Shown: positions 1-9,744 of the stretch, piece after piece
How positions within the stretch are numbered: the stretch's first letter is position 1
How the letters are laid out: each line of letters opens with the position of its first letter
NCBI RefSeq assembly: GCF_001194135.2
Contig: NC_068983.1
Span: 79,180,334-79,216,183, forward strand
Source of the DNA: Octopus bimaculoides
Taxonomy: Eukaryota
Direction of reading: 5' to 3'
DNA length: 35,850 bases
The notes under the pieces: model-generated
Databases searched by the model: none
What the model saw: only the letters and a program-made list of their open reading frames with translations
Told to the model about the DNA's origin: nothing
Position numbers and translations under genes: made by a program

Positions 1-48
<48 letters not shown>

Positions 49-68
49 TGTATGTATGTATGTATGTA
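1..68. repeat. (TA)n microsatellite grading into TATG repeats
   Basis: Perfect TA run 1-45 followed by tgtctgtatgtatgtatgtatgta. Confidence 0.97.
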
Positions 69-417
69 TATACATCTAAACACATGTGTGAAGTCCACGA
101 TGGAATATTGCTCTTGCATCTGATATACCACTGTTGCTACATACACAAATATCAAGGACCAAATCTGCAAAAAGCTATCTCGGCTCTCTCACGGACACCA
201 ACCTTAATCTCACAAATGCACTGTCTTCTCACAAGACATTTTGTTTGAAGTTCTACAATTTCTACTATTTTGTTTTTGTTATAATGATTTCCAATTTTAG
301 GCATTTGACTCCACATATTGGGGTTAACTATATCAACCCTCGTACAGTAAACTATATCAACCTTTGTACTTATTTTATAAACTATTGGCAATGCCATGTG
401 GAATTTTGTATGATGTG

Positions 418-712
418 AATTCAAAATCATTTTTTAATGTCTGTTGTCCATGCTGGCATGGGTTGGACAGTTTGACCAGAGCTGGCAAGCAGGGTGTGAC
501 ACCAGATTCCAGTCTAATTTGGCATGGTTTCTATAGCTGGATGCCCTTCTTAATGCCAACCATTTTACAGAGTGTGCTGGGTGCAGGGACTACATGGGCA
601 CTTTTATGTGGTGCAGCACAGATGCTTTTACATGGTACTGCATGGATGCTTTTATGTAGCACCACATGGGTGCTTTTATGTGGCACCACGTGGGCACTGC
701 CATGAGTGCTTT
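418..712 (-). mobile_element. Decayed SINE 3' portion with an internal ~24-bp tandem repeat
   Basis: tttggcatggtttctatagctggatgcccttcttaatgccaacc is the reverse complement of a SINE-type ...GGAAGGGCATCCAGCCGTAGAAACCATGCCAAA segment I recognise from cephalopod repeats, with CpGs decayed. 587-705 carries ~4 degenerate copies of catgg(g/a)tgcttttatgt(g/a)gcacca. Confidence 0.6.
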
Positions 713-840
713 ACACCACTAGAGGGATCAAGTTTAAGACTTCTGCTATGAGGTACTGCAACATAGTCAATCTATCACTCCACCAATTCTACCACCCTAG
801 TTTTCTTTTCACAATAACAACAACAATAATAATAATCTTT

Positions 841-1050
841 TCTATTATAGGTACAAGTCCTACATTTGGTGGGATGGGGGGCAGTTGATTACATCAACCC
901 CAGTGCTCAACTGTTACTTATTTTATTGACCCCAGAAGGATGATACGTGAAGTCGACCATAGCAGAATTTGAACTCAGAATATAAAGACAGATGAAATAA
1001 CACTGAGCATTCTGTTCAGAATGCTAACGATTTTGCTTGCTCACAGCCTT
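841..1050 (-). mobile_element. tRNA-derived SINE, 'family A' (CpG-decayed copy)
   Basis: Aligns by eye to the copy at 35475-35670 on the opposite strand. B-box-like GAGTTCAAATTC reads as gaatttgaactc at 965-976. Confidence 0.85.
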
Positions 1051-1055
1051 CATAG

Positions 1056-1875
1056 TAATAATGATAATAATAAATTTGAATGTCAAGACAGATACAGAAG
1101 ACCAGTGGCTGTGGATGAGGAGGAGTGACCTGAAGATAGACACAGAAGCACTAATATGCACAGCTCAAGAACAAGCATTAAGGACTGACTATGTGAAGTG
1201 CAGAATCAGCAACACTACTGACAACGACAAATGCAGAATGTGTGGTGAGAGGAGTGAAACAGCATGGCACATCATTAATGAATACCTGAAATTGGCACAA
1301 CACAAATCCAAAAGATGACATGACAATATGACAAGAATGATCCATTGGGAGCTCTATGGCCTACAAAGAACAAAGACATGATATGAGCAAACCCCAGAAG
1401 GAGTCACTGAGAATATAAATTGCAAAATCCTGTGGGATGCAATGATTCAGTGTGACATCGAAAACTGGACATTGCCTGTGGTGAATAAAAAAAAAAGAAT
1501 ATGCATAATTGACATAGCATACCCCTGTGACAACAGGATCAACGAGAAAGAAGAAACGGTAAAGAATTCTGATGATTTGAAGTGGGAAATATAAAGGTTG
1601 TGGTTAATGAGGAGAGCAGACATGATACCAATAGTAATTGACACACTTGGAAGTATCAGCACTCTACCAACATGGCTCAAAAAGATTGGCACAAATGTAA
1701 AGGTAGAACACCTACAAACATCAGCATTACATGGAACTGCAAGAATTCTTCACAGAGTTCTTGAAGCATGACCAGTAAATAAGTGTCACCTTAGTCTGCT
1801 GGCTGTGGGCACCTGACACTTTTCGTCATACGCAGCAAAATAAACTGTGAGTTTTCATCAAATAATAATAATAAT
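1056..1875 (+). mobile_element. 5'-truncated, inactivated non-LTR retrotransposon with restriction-like endonuclease (R4/Dong-like clade)
   Basis: Pseudo-ORF ~1085-1771 reads DLKIDTEALICTAQEQALRTDY, then a zinc knuckle CRMCGERSETAWHIINE, R*HDN (RHD motif), KILWDAMIQCD, IIDIAYPCDNRI and a C-terminus TSALHGTARILHRVLEA*. It has stops and frameshifts. A ~90-nt 3' UTR ends in (AAT)n at 1861-1875, and an (AAT)n tract at 1056-1073 flanks the 5' end. Confidence 0.88.
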
Positions 1876-2198
1876 CCTTTCTAATATATACACAAAGCCT
1901 GCAATGTTGTGGGAGGTACTACTCAATTACATCACCTCCAAGCAATTTCTAACACAGGCACCCATAATTTGTGTGAAGGTCAGTATAGTTATTATAAAGT
2001 GTTATGCAACCTTTTCTCTATCATGGCCCTCAATATCGTGTTATATTACCCATAGCCTACCCAATGTCAATTAGATAAGACCAAAATTCAATAATAATTT
2101 TAAAAAATGCTAATGCAACAAGTAATATACAGATTGGTATATTATTGGTATTGTTTTTAGTACAGAAGGCAAAATATCTTGCAATATTTGTTCTAGTT

Positions 2199-2279
2199 TG
2201 GACAGCAAACTAGCAGAGTCATTAGCATGCTGGACAAAATGCTTAGCAGCATTTTGTCTGTCTTTATGTTCTGAGTTCT
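2199..2279 (+). mobile_element. Family A SINE head fragment with all CpGs decayed
   Basis: ggacagcaaactagcagagtcattagcatgctggacaaaatgcttagcagc matches ggcgagctggcagaaccattagcacgccaggtgaaatgcttagcgg at 35475. Confidence 0.8.
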
Positions 2280-2377
2280 TAGTAGGTAAACTGAATTTGT
2301 CACAATCACCTGGTTTTACATCATCACCTGGTCCTTGGATGCCTTTAAGGAAGGTCGTTCTGTTACAAATATTCAAG

Positions 2378-2569
2378 CTAAGACTCTGATTTGAAGATAA
2401 CTTCCTCTGTTTCCCAACAATTTCTGAGGTCTTGGAAAAAAGGATCATGGGTACTGCTCTTTCTTCTCAGAATAATATTTGGTGGCTTCCGTTTTCCCTG
2501 GTGTCTAGCATGCAAGGTGTTACAATGAATTTTCTTTATTCCTTGATATACAGATTTTGCAATGGAGCC
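2378..2569 (-). CDS. Candidate terminal coding exon, unknown product (GSIAKSVYQGIKKIHCNTLHARHQGKRKPPNIILRRKSSTHDPFFQDLRNCWETEEVIFKSES*)
   Basis: Minus-strand aaagtttttag|G acceptor at 2570/2569 followed by 63 open codons to TAG. Non-repetitive and inside the CpG-depleted zone. No recognisable homology. Confidence 0.2.
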   Translation of the reverse strand, partial: GSIAKSVYQGIKKIHCNTLHARHQGKRKPPNIILRRKSSTHDPFFQDLRNCWETEEVIFKSES

Positions 2570-3015
2570 CTAAAAACTTTGTGTAGCTCACTTCTGAATC
2601 ATACAATCCACCTTGTGTTGTAGTTGATTATTGTATTTGCCCTGTATAAGACATACTCTCACATATGACAAACCTCTACAGATTGTGGAAAAAGAAAAAC
2701 AAATTTAACGTTTCATCTTACTCTCATACACTTGTTATCTCATACATAATACAGTTGCATTATACGCATGGCAATTCTTTGTTAGATTTAAGAATAAAAA
2801 ATAGCACATCCTGTATACTGATAAATAATGGTAGAACATGCCTAGTGCTTGACTGGTACTAATTTCATCAACCTGGAAATATAAAAGGCTAAGATATATA
2901 ACTAAATAGCTAAAGATATTTCATCCAACTATCTCCTGATTCTTCCATGCCAGCTTTATGGATGTTAAATTTCAGCTTATCAGAATCTCTCCCTAATCTG
3001 CAATTCTATCTGCAG

Positions 3016-3142
3016 TCCATAATGAGTATCTTGAGTGGTTAAAGAACAATATTTATGGCAGAATAGTCATGGTGAATATTGGAAATACAAGGAAACAAGC
3101 TTGCGAGAAAAAGCATTGGAATAATTCGCTAAAGCAAATTAG
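3016..3142 (+). CDS. Candidate internal exon, unknown product (HNEYLEWLKNNIYGRIVMVNIGNTRKQACEKKHWNNSLKQI)
   Basis: ctatctgcag| acceptor and AG|gtagat weak donor bound a 127-nt open frame. No recognisable homology. Confidence 0.13.
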
Positions 3143-3966
3143 GTAGATTTTATCTGCTGTCCTAAACAGCTGTATTTGTTACAGATTGCCTACTAGAAAT
3201 CTGGTTATAACCCCTTCCCACTTGCTCATTGTCGGTAATGATATTACTGGCCTTCACAAGAATTTAGTAATGGATCCAGTATGATGGACACAACAATACA
3301 GTCAATAGAATAAATACTGATAATATTATTTGAGTTGAGTCAATTCTTCTGGATAATAAAGCTTTCAGCTTAAGAAGGTAACATTATTAAATCAATATTA
3401 CTGATATTTGTTAATTTGTGGGGACAGAGATAGTCAGAGAGAGAGAAACACAGAGAGAGAGAGACAGAGAGAAGAGTCTTTGTTAGGAACGTGTGGTGAT
3501 ACTTTGTAGGTTTTCATTGACAATATTGATTTCTTACATGAGCACAGATTTTTAAGGTAGAGGTAATGAGAAGGTGGGTGTGACAGTCATGCTTCTCTCA
3601 ATAATATTACTATGTACATGTTATGACATGGTTACAAGTGGGAATTGAAACTACGTATATTGCAGACTTGGTTAGCTGGTATATCACTTGTATATGATTG
3701 TAAATAATGATTTCTTTTTTTAGTTTTGTGATGATAGAAGACTATATATTCTAAGTTGGGGATATAGACAATTGATTTCAATTAATTATATGAATGGCAT
3801 TAATGTTATTGTCCTAAAGAGCCAATGAGCTAATGAGAAAACCTCTGTGAAGCTGCTTACTCTACAAGAAACAGCAGCCAAATTTTCCATAAATCATGTC
3901 TAATTGAATACGTTAGATTATGTAGTTTTGCATAATCTTTCAATGATGAATCAATTTGCAAACGGA

Positions 3967-4595
3967 GGATCTAGTTCAAAACGGGGGCACCAGTATTTTT
4001 TTAACGAAACACTAACGAAACACTTTGAAACTTGGGACACGGTAGAATGTGTCATATAAAACATCTTTTACTCTTAGTCTTCTTAACAAAAAACGTACAT
4101 CGCAAGTTATTCCATATTAAAGTTGTCGTATTTCTGTAATTTCAACCAATCACTGACGTCTATTCAGCTGTATACTGCTGGCCGGTCATAAAAATGTTAT
4201 TTCCTGTGACATATTTCATCCGGTTTAATCGTAATTTATACGCATATATTGTTTATATAATAAATTACGCTGTGCGTATCTATGTGTGTAACAATTTTAG
4301 AGTTCGGATTCTAGAGTTAGGGTTAGGGTTAACAGTCTAGTTAGGGTTAGGGTTAGGGGATTAATACGATATACACCGTTACAGCGCTAACTGTTTTCAA
4401 CTGAATAGACTTCAGTGATTAGTAGAAATTATCGAAATAAGACAATTTTTTACATGAAATAAATTCGAATACAAACATTTTTTTCTGTTCTATAACACAA
4501 AATAGATAAGTATACGAAGTTTGAAAGTCTTTCGGTACCAAAAACACTACATAAAACATAAATGAAAACTGGTGCCCCCGTTTTGAACAAGATCC
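3967..4595. mobile_element. Non-autonomous fold-back DNA transposon (MITE-like), 28-bp TIR, 8-bp TSD; possibly Merlin-like
   Basis: TIRs GGATCTAGTTCAAAACGGGGGCACCAGT (3967-3994) and its inverse (4568-4595) differ by 1 base. Perfect TSD CAAACGGA at 3959-3966 and 4596-4603. A second inner inverted pair lies at 4123-4170 and 4398-4445. Confidence 0.9.
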
Positions 4596-4751
4596 CAAAC
4601 GGAATACCATGGGTTAAACAGCAACAGCAGCAACAGCACATAAAAGGATAAAAAGTAAAAGAAATCCAGAAAGGTTTCAACTTACAATGTAGAGTAACAA
4701 AAATATTATAAAGCACTTCGATATTTTACAGTATCTGATGCCACCACCTTA

Positions 4752-5067
4752 TTTTTTTTATGCTCCCTTTTAAAGCCTAACCAGGCTCATGGGCCTGGTT
4801 TCCCTGTTTCTATGGCGTATTTGTTCCCCCCACCTCAGTTGGACGGGACGCCAGTCCATCGCAGCTTTACTCAAGAAACAGGAAGAAAGTGTGAAGAAAG
4901 TTGGGGCGAAAGAGTACAACAGGGGTCACCACCACCCATCGGCAGAGCCTTGTGGAGCTTTAGGTGTTTTCGTTCAATAAACACACACGACGCCTGGTCT
5001 GGGAATCGAAACCGCGATCCTCCGACAGCGAGTCCGGTGCCTTGACCACTGGGCCATTGCACCTCCA
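4752..5067 (-). mobile_element. Near-intact tRNA-derived SINE with a V/Meta-like central domain, poly(A) tail and 10-bp TSD
   Basis: Minus-strand A box TGGCCCAGTGG (5046-5056), B box GGTTTCGATTCC (5002-5013), central GCTGCGATGGACTGGCGTCCCGTCC, A-tail at 4752-4759. TSD CACCACCTTA at 4742-4751 and 5068-5077. The domain name is from recall. Confidence 0.88.
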
Positions 5068-5364
5068 CACCACCTTACATTACACATAGCAATTCCAGTA
5101 GAAATTCTGTTTTATAAATGTTTATATTTCTATTTTGATGTATAAATTTATAACTTTTCAAAATATTGTTTCATTGTTAAAAACTTAGATTATGTCATGA
5201 ATGACATTTCATAGTATAGGTTGTTGACCGTGTTACACTCGAAGTTGCTTTGTTACGGTGAATATTTGGATTATGTCTTCGTTTTCCTTCCATAGTTTTC
5301 AGCTTGTTGAAAGCTTAACACTCATTTGTTCTAATTTGTTAAAACTTTCGATTATGTCTTTAAA

Positions 5365-5590
5365 TTCATCCTTTTGTTAATATATTTCTGTTGAAATATG
5401 TTGCTTTTGCTTCAATTAATCTTGAAAATAATGAAGAATTTAGTAGGAAAATAACTTCAGCATTATTAAGCTGGTGTTTAGAGCAGAAATTAACATGAAA
5501 TTTTCACAGAATATTTAAATGCCAATCATTTTAAAACAGGAAGTTTGTACCAGGTTGATCTAGGTGGGTCGGTATCAAAAGAAAGGTTTA
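5365..5590. mobile_element. Degenerate MITE remnant, possibly piggyBac-like
   Basis: Ends (ttcatccttttgttaa... and ...ggtatcaaaagaaaggttta) resemble decayed TTAA-CCCTTT/AAAGGG-TTAA termini of a repeat I recall from octopus. The TIRs are too degraded to be sure. Confidence 0.3.
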
Positions 5591-5818
5591 TTGAAAGCCT
5601 TACATTTAAATACTTCATGACAAGAAGACTGGCTTTGAAAGAAAGTCTAAAATTTATAGAAGAGAGGTTTTAACTCGCTTCTTGACTACGTTATAAACCC
5701 TCAGATGTAGGCAAAGTCGTTCCGAACGAATTGATCCCCGAGGGGGAATGCAAGGCATATATTATATCTGGGCCAGGAAATTTATTGCTAGGATTTCAGA
5801 AAACGTTTAGTTGTATGC

Positions 5819-5868
<50 letters not shown>

Positions 5869-5885
5869 ATGTGTATGCATGTGTG
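5819..5885. repeat. (GT)n microsatellite
   Basis: ~22 perfect GT units with degenerate flanks. Confidence 0.97.
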
Positions 5886-7248
5886 TTAACTGAAAGATCA
5901 TTCAAAACATTTAAGTAAAGTGTAGTGAGGTCTAGAACCGAAACCATATAGCTTTAGTAACCAGGATTAGCTCACACTTAAGTCCGGCGATGAGTCCTGT
6001 CAGAATATCACCCCATATTAGAGAATGTTCTATTTTGTTCCAGTAGTTCCCGCGCATTTGCGATTATATAAACAACAACGCACGTAAACAAATGGGAGTA
6101 ACGCACTTGAGAAACATAAGCAACAAGCCCTTCAAATCGACAAGTTTCCTTGGCTGAATCTCAGCCCCGAGTTAAAAGTGTTCTTCGACAAGAATGGATA
6201 GAGTATTACTCCCTCCTCACACGTGAAACTTAATGCCTTATGTTAGTAATGTAGTTAAAAATTTGATTAATTCTAGCACACTACTCTATATTACTGGCAA
6301 GCACCAATGTAAAGATGTAAATATTGTAATGTACTTCGATAACAATAAATGTTGATTAAAAAACGATGACTTTGGTTTTTCACTCGGACAACACACAGTT
6401 CATCATCATACCAATATATCAAGACCCATTCGAACCTTATATTACAATGGCGACCGCGACGTTCAGCAAGCCAAAAAAACAACGAACCTAACTTGTGACG
6501 TTCAGCCAGCACAGTATTGTTAACCATTGACATGCCACTACACAACTTGCACTTTGCCGGAAAAAAAGCTTCCACACTGGAAACTTCGACGCTAGAAATG
6601 ACAGTCAACTCAAGCCACGTTCACGATCGCCGCTTTGCCAGCCAGTGAATCGATGGCTAGTCTGCGCGAAATGGCAGTTAATACCAAAAATCATTGACGA
6701 AGAAATTTTATGTAATATTTTGTTCTCATTCATGATAGCGAAACAAAATTCATTCATAGCTTTTTGAGTGTGGTTGCAGAAACAATCAAGACCCATCTGA
6801 CTTTATGCAACAAAAGTCACGCGTTTACTTTTCAAGGAAAAAGTTAACACATATATTTCTTAATAGCTGCGTCAAAGTATAAGATGATATTATCCTTGGT
6901 TCATTCATGATCTTCAAGAAAAGAAAAGAGGTTATCCAAGAACTGGAGATTTTGGCCCAAATGCTTAGATCAAAGTGTCTTCTGCAATGTAGAGATTCCC
7001 GCATTGGCTTCGAATCTAATCGATAGATTAATTCTACTGTCCAAAAGAAAATCTAGCATTCTTATTTTTCAAAAGGGTCTCTAAAAAAACTTTGTACACT
7101 ATAATAAAATTCTTCTGAGTCTTTACCGAGTTATATTTGAACTCAAGACATTCTATCAAAATTAAATACAAGTTACTTAACCCAATAGTTTTTTTTATAT
7201 TTCTTCCAACTCTACTGCAATAATAGTAGTTTCTGGTTTAGGGACAAG

Positions 7249-7416
7249 GACTAGCGTAGCTAGAGTGTGTGCCGCCCGGGGTGACCTTTCCGTTCGCCGC
7301 CCTTGGACTCCACAGAAAAATTATATATTGCCTACAGCTGACCCAAAAGTACCACACCTTTAAAAGTCCCGCCCGGGCGGACCGCTTCTACCGCCCCACC
7401 CCTAGCTACGCCAATG
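7249..7416 (+). mobile_element. MITE with CACTAGCGTAGCTAG-type TIR and degenerate 8-bp TSD (hAT-like), copy 1
   Basis: TIRs gactagcgtagctag and ctagctacgccaatg. Flanks gggacaag and ggcacaaa match 6/8. Inverted homologue at 10632-10785. Confidence 0.8.
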
Positions 7417-7627
7417 GGCACAAAGCCAGTAACTCTAAGGGGAGAAGTTAGTGGATACCATCAACCCCAGTACTCGACTTTCTTTTATCAACTTTTTTAA
7501 TCGATTACACCGATCGTAATACCTCCTCCCTCAACCCCGTAAGGATAAAAGGTAAAATCGACCTCAGCAGAATTCTAACTCAGAACATAAAGACAGACAA
7601 AGTGCATCCAAACATTTTGTCCGCCTT
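7417..7627 (-). mobile_element. Family A SINE whose 3' end carries the MITE insertion; further fragments at ~7640-7760 and ~7855-7925
   Basis: ggtaaaatcgacctcagcagaattctaactcagaacataaagacagacaa...ccgcctt matches the reverse complement of family A. Confidence 0.75.
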
Positions 7628-7927
7628 ATCTTTATTTGTAAGTTAGGCACAAAGCCTCAAATTTTGTGGAAGGGGCCACAGTTGATTTAAGTCAACCCAA
7701 GAACTTAACTGGTACCTTATTTCATCGATTCCTGAAAGATAAAATAGTAAAATCAAATCTCGTGAAATTAAATTACATTTTGCTTAAACGTCACCAAGAA
7801 CACAACTAAATCTGAAAATAGACGCCCTTTTTTTAATGATAATGATTTTAAAATAAGGCAAGAGGTTACAAATTCGGAGGATGAGGTGGGGTTCTACTTG
7901 TTTTAAGTGATCTCACTACTTGACTAA

Positions 7928-8299
7928 TTATTTTTTAAGTGCCCCTCTCGTGATAATGAAAACAAAGTCAACCTCACTAACAGGTTTTGAACTCAAACGC
8001 AAATATATATGACTAAATAATGGTCTTAAATTTTGGAACAAGGAGGCAAGTATGAGGGTAGGGGTTTCATTCATCTTTCGACGTGGTTGAACAACCAATC
8101 CCAACCAATCAGCATTCCCATTAGGGGCTGTACTAATTATCCTTTCGATCATTGAATACAAAACGTGGCTAACGAGATTTCTGTTCGAGTCAGGCCCGTC
8201 ACCAGATTTTAGTGCCGGGAGTGCGGGATCTTCAGAATATTCTTGGTGGTCACTAATATGTAATAATGTTAAAGTGGAATTTCGAAATAAGTGTATCAC
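7928..8299 (-). other. 123-aa ORF in non-repetitive sequence; possible decayed Polinton/adintovirus PolB N-terminal fragment or unknown exon
   Basis: Longest gap-free ORF in the track that is not low-complexity. The segment ADWLGLVVQP...ETPTLI...FSHIYLRLSS loosely fits a pattern I recall. No catalytic motifs are visible. Confidence 0.22.
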
Positions 8300-8304
8300 T
8301 GTAA

Positions 8305-8621
8305 GTGAAGGTGCGTGGCTTAGTGGTTTGAGTATTCGGCTCGTGATAGCAAAGTCGTGAGTTCAATTCCCGGCGATGTGGGGTGTCCTTGAGCAAGACA
8401 GTTTATTTCACGTTGCTTCAGTCTACTCAGCTGGCAAAAATGAGTAATACCTGTATATTTAAAGGGTCAGCCTTTAACCACGCTGAATCACACTGAGAAC
8501 TACGTTAAGGGTCCACGTGTCCGCGTCGTGCTCATCCACATGCACGTTAATTTCAAGAGCAGGCTGTTCCGTTGATCGGATCAACTGGAACTCTTGCCAT
8601 CGTAACCGATAGAGTGCCAGA
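8305..8621 (+). mobile_element. Full-length tRNA-derived SINE with 12-bp TSD
   Basis: A box TGGCTTAGTGG (8316-8326), B box GAGTTCAATTCC (8359-8370), central GTGTCCTTGAGCAAGACA...CAGTCTACTCAGCTG. TSD GTATCACTGTAA at 8293-8304 and 8622-8633. Confidence 0.92.
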
Positions 8622-8649
8622 GTATCACTGTAAATCTGAATAGTGAGGG

Positions 8650-8878
8650 GGGGGGTAGTGCCGTCCAGTGCAGCCTCTTAGCTACGGACATGGTTCGTGT
8701 GATTTTTCCTGAGTCATCATTTCACCCTCGTCACAAGGTTACATATCCATTTATAGCTGAATGAACTGGAGCGAACGTGATATGAAGTGTTTTGCTCAAG
8801 AACACAGCGCACAGCCGGTCTGGGAATTGAAACTATGATCTCACAATCGTGAGAGCAACACTTTAATCATGAGCCTTC
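8650..8878 (-). mobile_element. tRNA-derived SINE sharing its head and central domain with 8305-8621, in inverted orientation
   Basis: B box on the minus strand (gggaattgaaact 8822-8834). tagctgaatgaactggagcgaacgtgatatgaagtgttttgctcaagaacac is the inverse of the central domain of the upstream SINE. Confidence 0.82.
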
Positions 8879-8884
8879 ACACGT

Positions 8885-9020
8885 TAGTCGATAGCATCAA
8901 CTGGTACTTTTGTTTATCGGCCTTGGAGGGATAGAAGACAATTTGAACTCAGAACGTAATGAGTCTAAAGGAATAACGATGCGCGTGTATTCAGACGTTC
9001 TGATGAATCTGCTTAACCCC
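8885..9020 (-). mobile_element. Family A SINE fragment
   Basis: caactggtacttttgtttatcgg...aatttgaactcagaacgtaa matches the reverse complement of family A. Confidence 0.7.
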
Positions 9021-9578
9021 GGGGCGACCCTGATAAAGCAGAATTATAATCAAAAGTATAACAGCCGGGACTATCTCGTTTCTTTTTTTCCTTGCTGGCA
9101 ATCTAGGACCTCATTCAAAGTGTCTTCTTTTAAAGGCAATAGGATATGTAATTTTGGGGAAATTTGGATCTATTTCTAGCTGGTCCAGCGACCACGTAGA
9201 GACTCCTGCGTTGGTATCCCTGCTGTTTTACTAATTCCGTTTAATATATTCCTTGTAAGAAATAAATGTTATATATAACTGAATTAATACTAATACATTA
9301 CCGGTATCTTATTGATTTACTGGAAACAACTGTTAGTGCTTTCCTACATTCTCAACTGCAACAACAGTTTTAAGTATTCCTTCAATTTACACATTACCGT
9401 CTTGAAAAGATGAGAGAAATATTGTCTTAGATACACATTGTCTGAGAGAGAACCAGGTAGTCATAACTTGATGAGAACTCCATTAGTCATAGACTTGTTC
9501 AATCGCAATTGACTTGGGTTTACATAGCAGCATTTTGTTTGTTTTTTTGTTTTTCTTTTGCAGGGATATAGTGTTGGC

Positions 9579-9744
9579 CGGGACCGGTCCTAGGGTTGCT
9601 GGCGCCCCGGGCAAGTTGAACTTCGGCGTATACAAGCTGATGGTCGTGGAAATTTCCTTGTTTTCGTCATGCCCTCCTTGATATCCCTTAGCACATGGCA
9701 CCCCGGGCGACTACCCGAGTTGCCGGTACCTTCAGCCGGCCCTG
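9579..9744. mobile_element. MITE with CAGGGCCGGC-type TIR and perfect 8-bp TSD (hAT-like)
   Basis: Ends cgggaccgg... and ...gccggccctg. TSD GTGTTGGC at 9571-9578 and 9745-9752. Confidence 0.88.

Noticed and set aside
4316-4358. True telomere or chromosome-fusion scar
   Set aside because: Only five complete TTAGGG units in two short tracts, one orientation, enclosed in a TIR/TSD-bounded element.
6291-6796. ORFs (105 aa and 63 aa, minus strand) and an ATGGCG start in the CpG-rich stretch
   Set aside because: No recognisable motifs, short plus-strand frames and no convincing splice pair. Kept only as a possible promoter or 5' region in the CpG finding.
8305-8375. tRNA genes at A/B-box-containing sequences (also ~5000-5067, 21733-21800, 35475-35556)
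   Set aside because: Each continues into a repeated body and tail, some with TSDs, and lacks a complete cloverleaf. They are SINE heads.
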